From contig OZ024760.1 of the NCBI GenBank assembly GCA_964016885.1, forward strand, positions 7,440,001-7,504,000: 64,000 nt of DNA. The letters run 5' to 3'. This document shows positions 51,125 to 64,000 of this stretch, one piece after another. Below the pieces are notes generated by a model, which saw only the letters and a program-made list of their open reading frames with translations, did not search any database and was not told the DNA's origin. Positions within the stretch are counted from its first letter, which is position 1; the number at the start of each line of letters is the position of its first letter. The position numbers were made by a program, and so were the translations under genes. The DNA comes from Eledone cirrhosa (taxonomy: Eukaryota).

Positions 51125-51660
51125 TTACTATGACAAAAAGCACCCAGTCCACCCTGTAAGATGGTCATACTGGTCACAGGCCAAAAAGTACCCAGTCCAC
51201 CCTGTAAGATGGTCATACTGGTCACAGGCCAAAAAGCACCCAGTCCACCCTGTAAAGTGGCCCTGCTGGTGTCATGACAAAAAGCACCTAATCTACCCGA
51301 TAAAGTGGCCCTGCTGCTACAGGCCAAAAAGCACCCAGTCAATCCTGTAAGATGGTCATGCTGGTATCAAGACAAAAAGCAGTCCACTCTGTAAGGTGGT
51401 CATACTGTTGTCAGGCCAAAAAGCACCCTGTCCACTGTGTAAGATAGTTGTTAATGCCATACAGGTGCCACAATAAAAGGCACACTGTTCTGTAGGGTAG
51501 TTGTTAATGTCATGACAAAAAACGCCAATACCTTATGGCACAACAAAATGCCCCCAGTCTGCTCTGCAAGGTGATAGGGCTGGTGTTATGACAAAAAGCA
51601 CCATGTCCACCCTGTAAGGTGGTCTTACTGGTGCAATGACAAAAAGCACCCAGTCTAGCA
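51125..51660 (+). repeat. Degenerate ~48-bp SINE-derived tandem repeat
   Basis: AAAAAGCACCCAGTCCACCCTGTAAG units. Confidence 0.8.
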
Positions 51661-51677
51661 TGTGTGGTGGTAGTGCT

Positions 51678-51751
<74 letters not shown>

Positions 51752-51767
51752 TAGCAGTGCAACAGAC

Positions 51768-51831
51768 CTTCTCTAATGAGGGATATGAGCAGTTTAAAGT
51801 AGTTTTTGGTCAACAGGAGGAGGTCCCAATC
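51768..51831 (-). CDS. MTMR14: MTMR14 exon (DWDLLLLTKNYFKLLISLIREG)
   Basis: ctttgcag / AAG|gtctgt; matches recalled WDLVQQTQNYLKLLLSLV. Confidence 0.93.
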
Positions 51832-51890
51832 CTGCAAAGAAAATAAATCACATACTTAAAAAAGATAATTTCTTTTTTTTTTTTTCATCC

Positions 51891-54800
51891 TCTGGTCCCT
51901 GTATATACAACATACCCAAGTCCCTGTATATACAACATACCCAGGTCCCTGTATATACAACATACCCAGGTCCCTGTATATACAACACCCCCTGGTTCCT
52001 GTATATACAACATACCCAGGTCCCTGTATATACAACATACCCAGGTCCCTGTATATACAACACCCCCAGGTCCCTGTATATACAACACCCCCTGGTCCCT
52101 GTATATACAACATACCCAGGTCCCTGTATATAGAACACCTCCAGGTTCCTGTATATACAACACCCCCTGGTTCCTGTATATACAACATCCTGTATATACA
52201 ACATACCCAGGTCCCTGTATATACAACACCCCCAGGTCCCTGTATATACAACATACCCAGGTCCCTGTATATACAACATACCCAGGTTCCTGTATATATA
52301 ACATACCCAGGTCCCTGTATATACAACATACCCTAGTCCCTGTATATACAACATACCCTGGTCCCTGTATATACAACATACCCAGGTCCCTGTATATACA
52401 ACACCCCCAGGTTCCTGTATATATAACATACCCAGGTCCCTGTATATATAACATACCCAGGTCCCTGTATATACAACATACCCTAGTCCCTGTATATACA
52501 ACACCCCCAGGTCCCTGTATATACAACATACCCTGGTCCCTGTATATACAACATACCCAGGTCCCTGTATATACAACACCCCCAGGTTCCTGTATATATA
52601 ACATACCCAGGTCCCTGTATATATAACATACCCAGGTCCCTGTATATACAACATACCCTAGTCCCTGTATATACAACACCCCCAGGTCCCTGTATATACA
52701 ACATACCCAGGTCCCTGTATATACAACATACCCAGGTCCCTGTATATACAACACCCCCAGGTCCCTGTATATACAACATACCCAGGTCCCTGTATATACA
52801 ACATACCCCGGTTCCTGTATATACAACATACCCAGGTCCCTGTATACACAACACCCCCTGGTTCCTGTATATATAACATATCCAGGTCCCTGTATATACA
52901 ACATACCCAGGTCCCTGTATATACAACACCCCCTGGTCCCTGTATATACAACATACCCAGGTCCCTGTATATATAACATACCCAGGTCCCTGTATATACA
53001 ACATACCCAGGTTCCTGTATATACAACATACCCAGGTCCCTGTATATACAACATACCCAGGTCCCTGTATATACAACATACCCAGGTCCCTGTATATACA
53101 ACATACCCTGGTCCCTGTATATACAACATACCCAGGTCCCTGTATATACAACACCCCCAGGTCCCTGTATATACAACACCCCCAGGTCCATGTATATACA
53201 ACACCCCCAGGTCCCTGTATATACAACATACCCAGGTCCCTGTATATACAACACCCCCAGGTTCCTGCATATACAACATACCCAGGTCCCTGTATATACA
53301 ACACCCCCTGGTTCCTGTATATACAACACCCCCAGGTCCCTGTATATACAACATACCCTGGTTCCTGTATATACAACATACCCAGGTCCCTGTATATACA
53401 ACATACCCAGGTCCCTGTATATACAACATACCCAGGTCCCTGTATATACAACATACCCTGGTTCCTGTATATACAACATACCCAGGTCCCTGTATATACA
53501 ACACCCCCAGGTCCCTGTATATACAACACCCCCAGGTCCCTGTATATACAACACCCCCAGGTCCCTGTATATACAACATACCCAGGTCCCTGTATATACA
53601 ACATACCCAGGTCTCTGTATATACAACACCCCCTGGTTCCTGTATATACAACATACCCAGGTCCCTGTATATACAACATACCTAGGTCCCTGTATATACA
53701 ACATACCCAGGTCCCTGTATATACAACACCCCCAGGTCCCTGTATATACAACATACCCAGGTCCCTGTATATACAACATACCCAGGTTCCTGTATATACA
53801 ACATACCCAGGTTCCTGTATATACAACATACCCAGGTCCCTGTATATACAACACCCCCAGGTCCCTGTATATACAACATACCCAGGTCCCTGTATATACA
53901 ACACCCCCAGGTCCCTGTATATACAACATACCCAGGTTCCTGTATATACAACATACCCAGGTCCCTGTATATACAACATACCCAGGTCCCTGTATATACA
54001 ACACCCCCTGGTTCCTGTATATACAACATACCCAGGTCCCTGTATATACAACACCCCCCCAGGTCCCTGTATATACAACATACCCAGGTCCCTGTATATA
54101 CAACACCCCCCAGGTCCCTGTATATACAACACCCCCAGGTCCCTGTATATACAACACCCCCAGGTTCCTGTATATACAACATACCCAGGTCCCTGTATAT
54201 ACAACACCCCCCAGGTCCCTGTATATACAACATACCCAGGTCCCTGTATATACAACACCCCCCAGGTCCCTGTATATACAACATACCCAGGTCCCTGTAT
54301 ATACAACATACCCAGGTCCCTGTATATACAACATACCCTGGTCCCTGTATATACAACACCCCCAGGTTCCTGTATATACAACATACCCAGGTCCCTGTAT
54401 ATACAACACCCCCCAGGTCCCTGTATATACAACACCCCCAGGTTCCTGTATATACAACATACCCAGGTTCCTGTATATACAACATACCCAGGTCCCTGTA
54501 TATACAACATACCCAGGTCCCTGTATATACAACACCCCCTGGTTCCTGTATATACAACATACCCAGGTCCCTGTATATACAACACCCCCCCAGGTCCCTG
54601 TATATACAACATACCCAGGTCCCTGTATATACAACACCCCCCAGGTCCCTGTATATACAACACCCCCAGGTCCCTGTATATACAACACCCCCAGGTTCCT
54701 GTATATACAACATACCCAGGTCCCTGTATATACAACACCCCCCAGGTCCCTGTATATACAACATACCCAGGTCCCTGTATATACAACACCCCCCAGGTCC

Positions 54801-57800
54801 CTGTATATACAACATACCCAGGTCCCTGTATATACAACACCCCCAGGTCCCTGTATATACAACATACCCAGGTCCCTGTATATACAACATACCCAGGTTC
54901 CTGTATATACAACACCCCCAGGTCCCTGTATATACAACATACCCAGGTCCCTGTATATATAACATACCCAGGTCCCTGTATATACAACATACCCTAGTCC
55001 CTGTATATACAACACCCCCAGGTCCCTGTATATACAACATACCCAGGTCCCTGTATATACAACATACCCTGGTCCCTGTATATACAACACCCCCAGGTTC
55101 CTGTATATACAACATACCCAGGTCCCTGTATATACAACATACCCAGGTTCCTGTATATACAACACCCCCAGGTCCCTGTATATACAACACCCCCAGGTTC
55201 CTGTATATACAACATACCCAGGTCCCTGTATATACAACACCCCCCAGGTCCCTGTATATACAACATACCCTAGTCCCTGTATATACAACACCCCCAGGTC
55301 CCTGTATATACAACATACCCAGGTCCCTGTATATACAACATACCCTGGTCCCTGTATATACAACACCCCCAGGTTCCTGTATATACAACATACCCAGGTC
55401 CCTGTATATACAACATACCCAGGTTCCTGTATATACAACATACCCAGGTCCCTGTATATACAACATACCCAGGTCCCTGTATATACAACATACCCAGGTC
55501 CCTGTATATACAACATACCCAGGTCCCTGTATATACAACATACCCAGGTCCCTGTATATACAACATACCCAGGTCCCTGTATATACAACATACCCTAGTC
55601 CCTGTATATACAACACCCCCAGGTCCCTGTATATACAACATACCCAGGTCCCTGTATATACAACATACCCTGGTCCCTGTATATACAACACCCCCAGGTT
55701 CCTGTATATACAACATACCCAGGTCCCTGTATATACAACATACCCAGGTTCCTGTATATACAACACCCCCAGGTCCCTGTATATACAACACCCCCAGGTT
55801 CCTGTATATACAACATACCCAGGTCCCTGTATATACAACACCCCCCAGGTCCCTGTATATACAACATACCCAGGTCCCTGTATATACAACACCCCCCAGG
55901 TCCCTGTATATACAACACCCCCAGGTTCCTGTATATACAACATACCCAGGTCCCTGTATATACAACATACCCAGGTCCCTGTATATACAACATACCCAGG
56001 TCCCTGTATATACAACACCCCCAGGTCCCTGTATATACAACATACCCAGGTCCCTGTATATACAACATACCCAGGTCCCTGTATATACAACATACCCAGG
56101 TCCCTGTATATACAACACCCCCTGGTTCCTGTATATACAACATACCCAGGTCCCTGTATATACAACATACCCAGGTCCCTGTATATACAACATACCCAGG
56201 TCCCTGTATATACAACATACCCAGGTCCCTGTATATACAACATACCCAGGTCCCTGTATATACAACACCCCCAGGTCCCTGTATATACAACATACCCAGG
56301 TCCCTGTATATACAACATACCCAGGTCCCTGTATATACAACACCCCCCAGGTCCCTGTATATACAACATACCCAGGTCCCTGTATATACAACATACCCAG
56401 GTCCCTGTATATACAACACCCCCAGGTCCCTGTATATACAACACCCCCAGGTCCCTGTATATACAACATACCCAGGTTCCTGTATATACAACATACCCAG
56501 GTCCCTGTATATACAACATACCCAGGTCCCTGTATATACAACATACCCAGGTCCCTGTATATACAACACCCCCAGGTCCCTGTATATACAACACCCCCAG
56601 GTCCCTGTATATACAACACCCCCCAGGTCCCTGTATATACAACATACCCAGGTCTCTGTATATACAACACCCCCCAGGTCCCTGTATATACAACACCCCC
56701 AGGTCCCTGTATATACAACATACCCAGGTCCCTGTATATACAACACCCCCCAGGTCCCTGTATATACAACATACCCAGGTCCCTGTATATACAACATACT
56801 CAGGTCCCTGTATATACAACACCCCCAGGTCCCTGTATATACAACACCCCCAGGTCCCTGTATATACAACACCCCCCAGGTCCCTGTATATACAACATAC
56901 CCAGGTCCCTGTATATACAACACCCCCCAGGTCCCTGTATATACAACATACCCAGGTCCCTGTATATACAACATACCCTGGTCCCTGTATATACAACATA
57001 CCCTGGTCCCTGTATATACAACACCCCCAGGTCCCTGTATATACAACACCCCCAGGTCCCTGTATATACAACATACCCAGGTCCCTGTATATACAACACC
57101 CCCAGGTCCCTGTATATACAACATACCCAGGTCCCTGTATATACAACATACCCTGGTCCCTGTATATACAACATACCCAGGTCCCTGTATATACAACATA
57201 CCCAGGTCCCTGTATATACAACATACCCTGGTCCCTGTATATACAACATACCCTGGTCCCTGTATATACAACATACCCAGGTCCCTGTATATACAACATA
57301 CCCTGGTCCCTGTATATACAACACCCCCAGGTCCCTGTATATACAACATACCCAGGTCCCTGTATATACAACACCCCCAGGTCCCTGTATATACAACATA
57401 CCCAGGTCCCTGTATATACAACATACCCTGGTCCCTGTATATACAACATACCCAGGTCCCTGTATATACAACATACCCAGGTCCCTGTATATACAACATA
57501 CCCTGGTCCCTGTATATACAACATACCCTGGTCCCTGTATATACAACATACCCAGGTCCCTGTATATACAACATACCCTGGTCCCTGTATATACAACACC
57601 CCCAGGTCCCTGTATATACAACATACCCAGGTCCCTGTATATACAACACCCCCAGGTCCCTGTATATACAACATACCCAGGTCCCTGTATATACAACATA
57701 CCCTGGTCCCTGTATATACAACATACCCAGGTCCCTGTTTATACAACATACCCAGGTCCCTGTATATACAACATACCCTGGTCCCTGTATATACAACATA

Positions 57801-57922
57801 CCCTGGTCCCTGTATATACAACATACCCAGGTCCCTGTATATACAACATACCCTGGTCCCTGTATATACAACACCCCCAGGTCCCTGTATATACAACATA
57901 CCCAGGTCCCTGTACACACAAC
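51891..57922. repeat. 25-bp satellite, ~240 copies, ~6 kb
   Basis: CCAGGTCCCTGTATATACAACA(TA/CC)C; source of the spurious 500-1400 aa ORFs. Confidence 0.99.
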
Positions 57923-57989
57923 ATTCCAGAATATACCACCTGAAATATTAGACCCAAGATAGCCATACTACCCAGGTAAACCAACTATC

Positions 57990-58565
57990 CCACACACCAC
58001 CACCACCGCCACTAGTACCCCCAGCACAACTACAACCTCACCACCACCACAAGCACCACTAGTACCCCCCAGCACCAGCACAACTACAACCTCACCACCA
58101 CCACCACCACAAGCACCACTAGTACCCCTACCACCAGCACAACTACAACCTCACCACCAGCACCACCACCAGCACAACTACCACCACCATGAGTCACCTC
58201 ATCACAACTATTATCTCACCACCACCACCACCACAAGCACCACTAGTACCCCCAGCACCAGCACAACTACAACCTCACCACCAGCACAACTACCACCACC
58301 ATGAGTCACCCCATCACAACTATTATCTCACTACCACCACAAGCACCACTAGTACCCCCAGCACCACCACCAGCACAACTACATCCTCACCACCACCACC
58401 ACCACAAGCACCACTAGTACCCCCAGCACCAGCACAACTACAACCTCACCACCAGCACAACTACCACCACCATGAGTCACCCCATCACAACTATTATCTC
58501 ACCACCACCACCACCACCACTAGTACCCACATCACCACAACCCCCAACAATGACAACAATAACAC
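57990..58565. repeat. CAC-rich compound tandem repeat
   Basis: Direct inspection. Confidence 0.85.
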
Positions 58566-58600
58566 CAAATATCAAAATCCAGACTGTTGTTGAGACAAAC

Positions 58601-58675
58601 CTTATAGAACTCCCAGTGGACGTCAGTCAAAGAATACAGTTCATTGGGAATATCGAGAGCAGCATCAATGGAGGG
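58601..58675 (-). CDS. MTMR14: MTMR14 exon (PSIDAALDIPNELYSLTDVHWEFYK)
   Basis: caattccag / AAG|gtttgt, 75 nt, phase 0/0; matches recalled DAPLSIP...IDWSQYQ. Confidence 0.9.
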
Positions 58676-59630
58676 CTGGAATTGTAAAGAAGGAATATTT
58701 AGGACTGGGGTAACACAGACCAGTGAGAGCTCACTCTCTCTCTCATCAATGGAGGGCTGCAATTGTAAAGAAGGAATATTTAGGACTGGGGTACACAGAC
58801 CAGTGAGAGCGCTCTCTCTCTCTCACTCTCTCTCTCTCATCAATGGAGGGCTGGAATTGTAAAGAAGGAATATTTAGGACTGGGGTAACACAGACCAGTG
58901 AGAGCTCTCTCTCTCTCTCTCGTCAATGGAGGGCTGCAATTGTAAAGAAGGAATATTTAGGACTGGGGTAACACAGACCAGTGAGAGCTCACTCTCTCTC
59001 TCATCAATGGAGGGCTGCAATTGTAAAGAAGGAATATTTAGGACTGGGGTACACAGACCAGTGAGAGCGCTCTCTCTCTCTCACTCTCTCTCTCTCATCA
59101 ATGGAGGGCTGGAATTGTAAAGAAGGAATATTTAGGACTGGGGTAACACAGACCAGTGAGAGCTCTCTCTCTCTCTCTCGTCAATGGAGGGCTGCAATTG
59201 TAAAGAAGGAATATTTAGGACTGGGGTAACACAGACCAGTGAGAGCTCACTCTCTCTCTCATCAATGGAGGGCTGCAATTGTAAAGAAGGAATATTTAGG
59301 ACTGGGGTACACAGACCAGTGAGAGCTCTCTCTCTCTCTCACTCTCTCTCTCTCATCAATGGAGGGCTGGAATTGTAAAGAAGGAATATTTAGGACTGGG
59401 GTAACACAGACCAGTGAGAGCTCTCTCTCTCTCTCATCAATGGAGGGCTGGAATTGTAAAGAAGGAATATTTAGGACTGGGGTAACACAGACCAGCGAGA
59501 GCGCTCTCTCTCTCTCTCTCGCTCTCTCTCTCTCTTTCACTCTCTCTCTCATCAATGGAGGGCAGGAATTGTAAAGAAGGAATACATAGATAAGGGTTAG
59601 AGTTATCTGAGATTGGGGTAACACACTAAG
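58663..59630. repeat. 81-96-bp tandem repeat (~11 units, 258-bp higher-order trimer) containing the 3' splice site and first 13 nt of the exon
   Basis: CATCAATGGAGGGCTG(G/C)AATTGTAAAGAAGGAATAT recurs. Confidence 0.95.
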
Positions 59631-60089
59631 ACCAATAAAAGTCCCCTCTCTCTCTCACACACACATTGGGGATATCAAGAGCAACAACAATAGAGGTCTG
59701 GAAAGTAAAGAAGGAATATATGAATCAGGGTTAGTGTTATTTGGGGACTGGGATAACACAGTAAGACCAATAATGGTTTCTGATTTAGAGGCTTAAGGCC
59801 AACAATTAAACTGACCTAGTGCATTACTGGTACTTTATTTTATCGACCCCCGTAAGGTTGATGAAAGGCAAAGCTAACCTTGGTGGGATGTGAACACACT
59901 GCCCTTAATGTTTGCTGATTTAGGCAGAAGACCAATAATTTGGGGGGAAGGTAAAATCAATTATATCAACCAGTGCATTACTGGTACTATATTTTATTGA
60001 TGCCCTAATGTTGATGAAAGGCAAAGTTAAGCTTGGCGAAATTTGAACATAGAGCATAAGGGGTGTAACTCTATACCACAAGGCAGGGT

Positions 60090-62270
60090 AATTTTTGTTG
60101 TGATACCACTACTACCACCTTACAGGGTAGACAAGGTACTTTTTGTTGTGATACCACTACAACCACCTTACAGGGTAGACAAGGTACTTTTTGTTGTGAT
60201 ACCACTACTACCACCTTACAGGGTAGACAAGGTACTTTTTTGTTGTGATACCACTACTACCACCTTACAGGGTAGACAAGGTACTTTTTTGTTGTGATAC
60301 CACTACTACCACCTTACAGGGTAGACAAGGTACTTTTTTGTTGTGATACCACTACTACCACCTTACAGGGTAGACAAGGTACTTTTTTGTTGTGATACCA
60401 CTACTACCACCTTACAGGGTAGACAAGGTACTTTTTTGTTGTGATACCACTACTACCACCTTACAGGGTAGACAAGGTACTTTTTTGTTGTGATACCACT
60501 ACTACCACCTTACAGGGTAGACAAGGTACTTTTTGTTGTGATACCACTACTACCACCTTACAGGGTAGACAAGGTACTTTTTGTTGTGATACCACTACTA
60601 CCACCTTACAGGGTAGACAAGGTACTTTTTGTTGTGATACCACTACTACCACCTTACAGGGTAGACAGGGTACTTTTTGTTGTGATACCACTACTACCAC
60701 CTTACAGGGTAGACAAGGTACTTTTTGTTGTGATACCACTACTACCACCTTACAGGGTAGACAGGGTACTTTTTGTTGTGATACCACTACTACCACCTTA
60801 CAGGGTAAACAGGGTACTTTTTGTTGTGATACCACTACTACCACCTTACAGGGTAAACAGGGTACTTTTTTGTTGTGATACCACTACTACCACCTTACAG
60901 GGTAGACAGGGTACTTTTTTGTTGTGATACCACTACTACCACCTTACAGGGTAAACAGGGTACTTTTTTGTTGTGATACCACTACTACCACCTTACAGGG
61001 TAAACAGGGTACTTTTTTGTTGTGATACCACTACTACCACCTTACAGGGTAAACAGGGTACTTTTTTGTTGTGATACCACTACTACCACCTTACAGGGTA
61101 GACAGGGTACTTTTTGTTGTGATACCACTACTACCACCTTACAGGGTAAACAGGGTACTTTTTTGTTGTGATACCACTACTACCACCTTACAGGGTAAAC
61201 AGGGTACTTTTTTGTTGTGATACCACTACTACCACCTTACAGGGTAAACAGGGTACTTTTTTGTTGTGATACCACTACTACCACCTTACAGGGTAGACAG
61301 GGTGCTTTTTGTTGTGATACCACTACTACCACCTTACAGGGTAGACAAGGTACTTTTTTGTTGTGATACCACTACTACCACCTTACAGGGTAGACAAGGT
61401 ACTTTTTTGTTGTGATACCACTACTACCACCTTACAGGGTAGACAGGGTGCTTTTTGTTGTGATACCACTACTACCACCTTACAGGGTAGACAAGGTACT
61501 TTTTGTTGTGATACCACTACTACCACCTTACAGGGTAGACAGGGTGCTTTTTGTTGTGATACCACTAATACCACCTTACAGGGTAGACAGGGTACTTTTT
61601 GTTGTGATACCACTACTACCACCTTACAGGGTAGACAGGGTACTGTTTTGTTGTGATACCGCTACTACCACCTTACAGGGTAGACAGGGTACTGTTTTGT
61701 TGTGATACCGCTACTACCACCTTACAGGGTAGACAGGGTACTTTTTGTTGTGATACCACTACTACCACCTTACAGGGTAAACAGGGTACTTTTTTGTTGT
61801 GATACCACTACAACCACCTTACAGGGTAGACAAGGTACTTTTTTGTTGTGATACCACTACTACCACCTTACAGGGTAGACAAGGTACTTTTTTGTTGTGA
61901 TACCACTACTACCACCTTACAGGGTAGACAAGGTACTTTTTTGTTGTGATACCACTACTACCACCTTACAGGGTAGACAGGGTGCTTTTTGTTGTGATAC
62001 CACTACTACCACCTTACAGGGTAGACAAGGTACTTTTTGTTGTGATACCACTACTACCACCTTACAGGGTAGACAGGGTGCTTTTTGTTGTGATACCACT
62101 ACTACCACCTTACAGGGTAGACAGGGTACTTTTTGTTGTGATACCGCTACTACCACCTTACAGGATAGACAGGGTGCTTTTTGTTGTGATACCAGTACTG
62201 CCACCTTACAGGGTGGACTGGGTGCTTTTTGTCAAAGCACCAGTACAACCACCTAATAGGGTGGACTGAG
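60090..62270 (-). repeat. 48/49-bp satellite, ~45 copies, SINE-derived, inverted relative to 51125-51660
   Basis: TTTTTGTTGTGATACCACTACTACCACCTTACAGGGTAGACAAGGTAC; terminal unit CTTACAGGGTGGACTGGGTGCTTTTTGTC is the reverse complement of the 51133 unit. Confidence 0.95.
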
Positions 62271-62361
62271 TCAATATAATCAATCATACTCTACCATTCA
62301 ATATGCTATAATCAATCAATAATCGTTAATTAACAGATAACAGTTAATGACTTCTACTTAC

Positions 62362-62432
62362 CTGATTCCAATCATATTTCACCTCCTGTCCACAGTAAGC
62401 GTGTTCCTTCCATTCCTTAAAAAATTCACAGC
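62362..62432 (-). CDS. MTMR14: MTMR14 exon (GCEFFKEWKEHAYCGQEVKYDWNQ)
   Basis: tatttcag / CAG|gtaagt; matches recalled GCEFFKEYKD...FNWKQ. Confidence 0.95.
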
Positions 62433-62717
62433 CTGAAATAATTATGAAGAACTTATCATCATCATCATCGTTTGGCAAACAAAGCTATGATGCAGTAACA
62501 CTGAGGAAGGCAAAACATGGCAACACAAATCAAGGTACACAGTTGGCCTGGCTCAGTCTACTGGGCTGAGAAACAGGCTCCACTATTATTATGCAGGCGA
62601 AATTGCTTAAATGCTTCTAATATACTGAATAACATCTACAACTACTAAGTGAACAACAACTAGTACTACTACTATTACTATAAGGGAACAAAAACTGTAA
62701 TTACTACTACTACTAAA

Positions 62718-63062
62718 TGGAGGCACATGGCTTAGTGGTTAGAGCATTGGTCTTGCAATCGAAAGGTTGTGAGTTCAATTCTCAGACCGGGTGATGTGTT
62801 GTTTCCTTGAGCAAGACACTTTATTTCACATTGCTCCAGTTTACTCAGCTGTAGAAATGAGATGATAGGGACTGGGGTCCATATCATTCCACTGCAAAGT
62901 GGTCATGTAGGTGCCACGGCAGAATAGCACCCAGCACTCACTGTAAATGAGGTTGGTGTTAGGAAGGGCATCCAGCTGTAGAAATCAAGCCAGAATCAGT
63001 TCCCGTCCCACCCTTGCAAGCAGGGAAAAGTGGATGTAAAATGATGATGATGATGATGATGA
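62718..63062 (+). mobile_element. SINE family A, full length
   Basis: As 3275. Confidence 0.9.
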
Positions 63063-63104
63063 CCACTACAAAGTCAACTACTACTATTACTACAAAGTCA
63101 ACAA

Positions 63105-63588
63105 CAAAGGCATCTACCATACACTGAACGCCTTGCTACAATGGGAATGGATACATTGAAGCTCCGATGTCTGGCAACTAAATTGGTAGACACCCACAAA
63201 ATTATTAAGCATCTTGCCAACAACAACCCTGAGCACCATTTTTGAATTCCATGTGTCTAACACACGTGGGCATGCCTACAAAGTCAGAAAACAGTATAGC
63301 TCCCATGACTTTTGGAAGCAATTTTACATGCTCAGAGTTGCAGAAACATGGAACAAACTACCTGCATCTGTTGTTAACTGTCGGGACACTGCATCCTTTA
63401 AAACTTCCATGCTTTCTGAAATTCCATAACACTACACCTGATATTCCCCCTCCATACACACGCGTATCTGTGTGTATATCATGACTCATACACTGTTCAC
63501 TTTCCTGACATTTGTACATTAGTTTATGTACTACACATGCACCTTTGATGAGTTGTAGTGCACCTGAGCACTGTATTTTCATTATTAA
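63105..63588 (+). mobile_element. CR1-clade LINE 3' fragment
   Basis: NTRGHAYKVRKQ...LRVAETWNKLPASVV...ASFK, a typical CR1 ORF2 C-terminus. Confidence 0.88.
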
Positions 63589-63689
63589 CTACTACTACAA
63601 GGTCAACAACAACAACAACTGCTACTACTATTACTACAGGGTCAACAACTACTACAACAACGCCAACAAGAACAACAAGTTTCACTTAC

Positions 63690-63763
63690 CAGGATATGGA
63701 AGAGACAAAAGACAGAAATCAGAGTAACGACTTTCTTTGTCAACTTTTTCAGAAGAGGCAACT
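63690..63763 (-). CDS. MTMR14: MTMR14 exon (VASSEKVDKESRYSDFCLLSLPYPG); upstream exons lie beyond the window
   Basis: acctccag / CTG|gtaagt; matches recalled VTSSEKVDKAQRYADFTLLSIPYPG. Confidence 0.95.
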
Positions 63764-64000
63764 CTGGAGGTAAAATATAAGAAAATATGGCAGGGACTAC
63801 ATTAGCAACCTCGGTAAACTAATGGACGGTGTTGTTGGTGATGGTGATGGTGATGGTGATGTTGGCGGTGGTGGTGTAGGTATTGATGTTGGTGATGGTG
63901 ATGGTGATGGTGATGCTGTTGGTGATGTGTTGGTGTTGTTGATGTTGGTGATGGTGATGGTGATGTTGGCTGTGGTGGTGTAGGTGGTGGTGTTGATGTT

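Noticed and set aside
51848-57984. Very long ORFs (up to 1411 aa, MLYIQGPGYVVYTGTWVCCIYRDLG repeats)
   Set aside because: Translations of a stop-poor 25-bp satellite in all frames, inside an MTMR14 intron whose flanking exons join in phase

Overview
Eukaryotic, AT-rich, repeat-dense animal DNA. The repeat families look like octopus/coleoid cephalopod (inference from recalled sequences, not a database result). Two intron-rich genes lie in tandem on the minus strand. (1) The 3' eleven coding exons of an MTMR14 (Jumpy/EDTP) phosphoinositide phosphatase, 63763 to the stop at 40475, include the catalytic HCISGWDRT motif; the 5' part lies beyond the right edge. (2) The 5' end of a giantin/GOLGB1 (lava lamp)-like coiled-coil golgin: one 5'UTR exon plus six phase-consistent coding exons, 15148 to 5916, continuing past the left edge. 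The rest is SINEs, RTE/CR1/R4 LINE fragments, mariner/hAT/piggyBac relics, Penelope-type hammerhead motifs and many satellites; most long ORFs in the track are repeat artefacts. The most notable patterns are MTMR14 intronic tandem arrays built from the adjacent splice sites themselves (decoy or alternative sites), several minimal hammerhead ribozyme motifs (two in a near-perfect ~300-bp hairpin), and inverted repeat pairs bracketing exons. All coordinates and copy numbers were read by eye.
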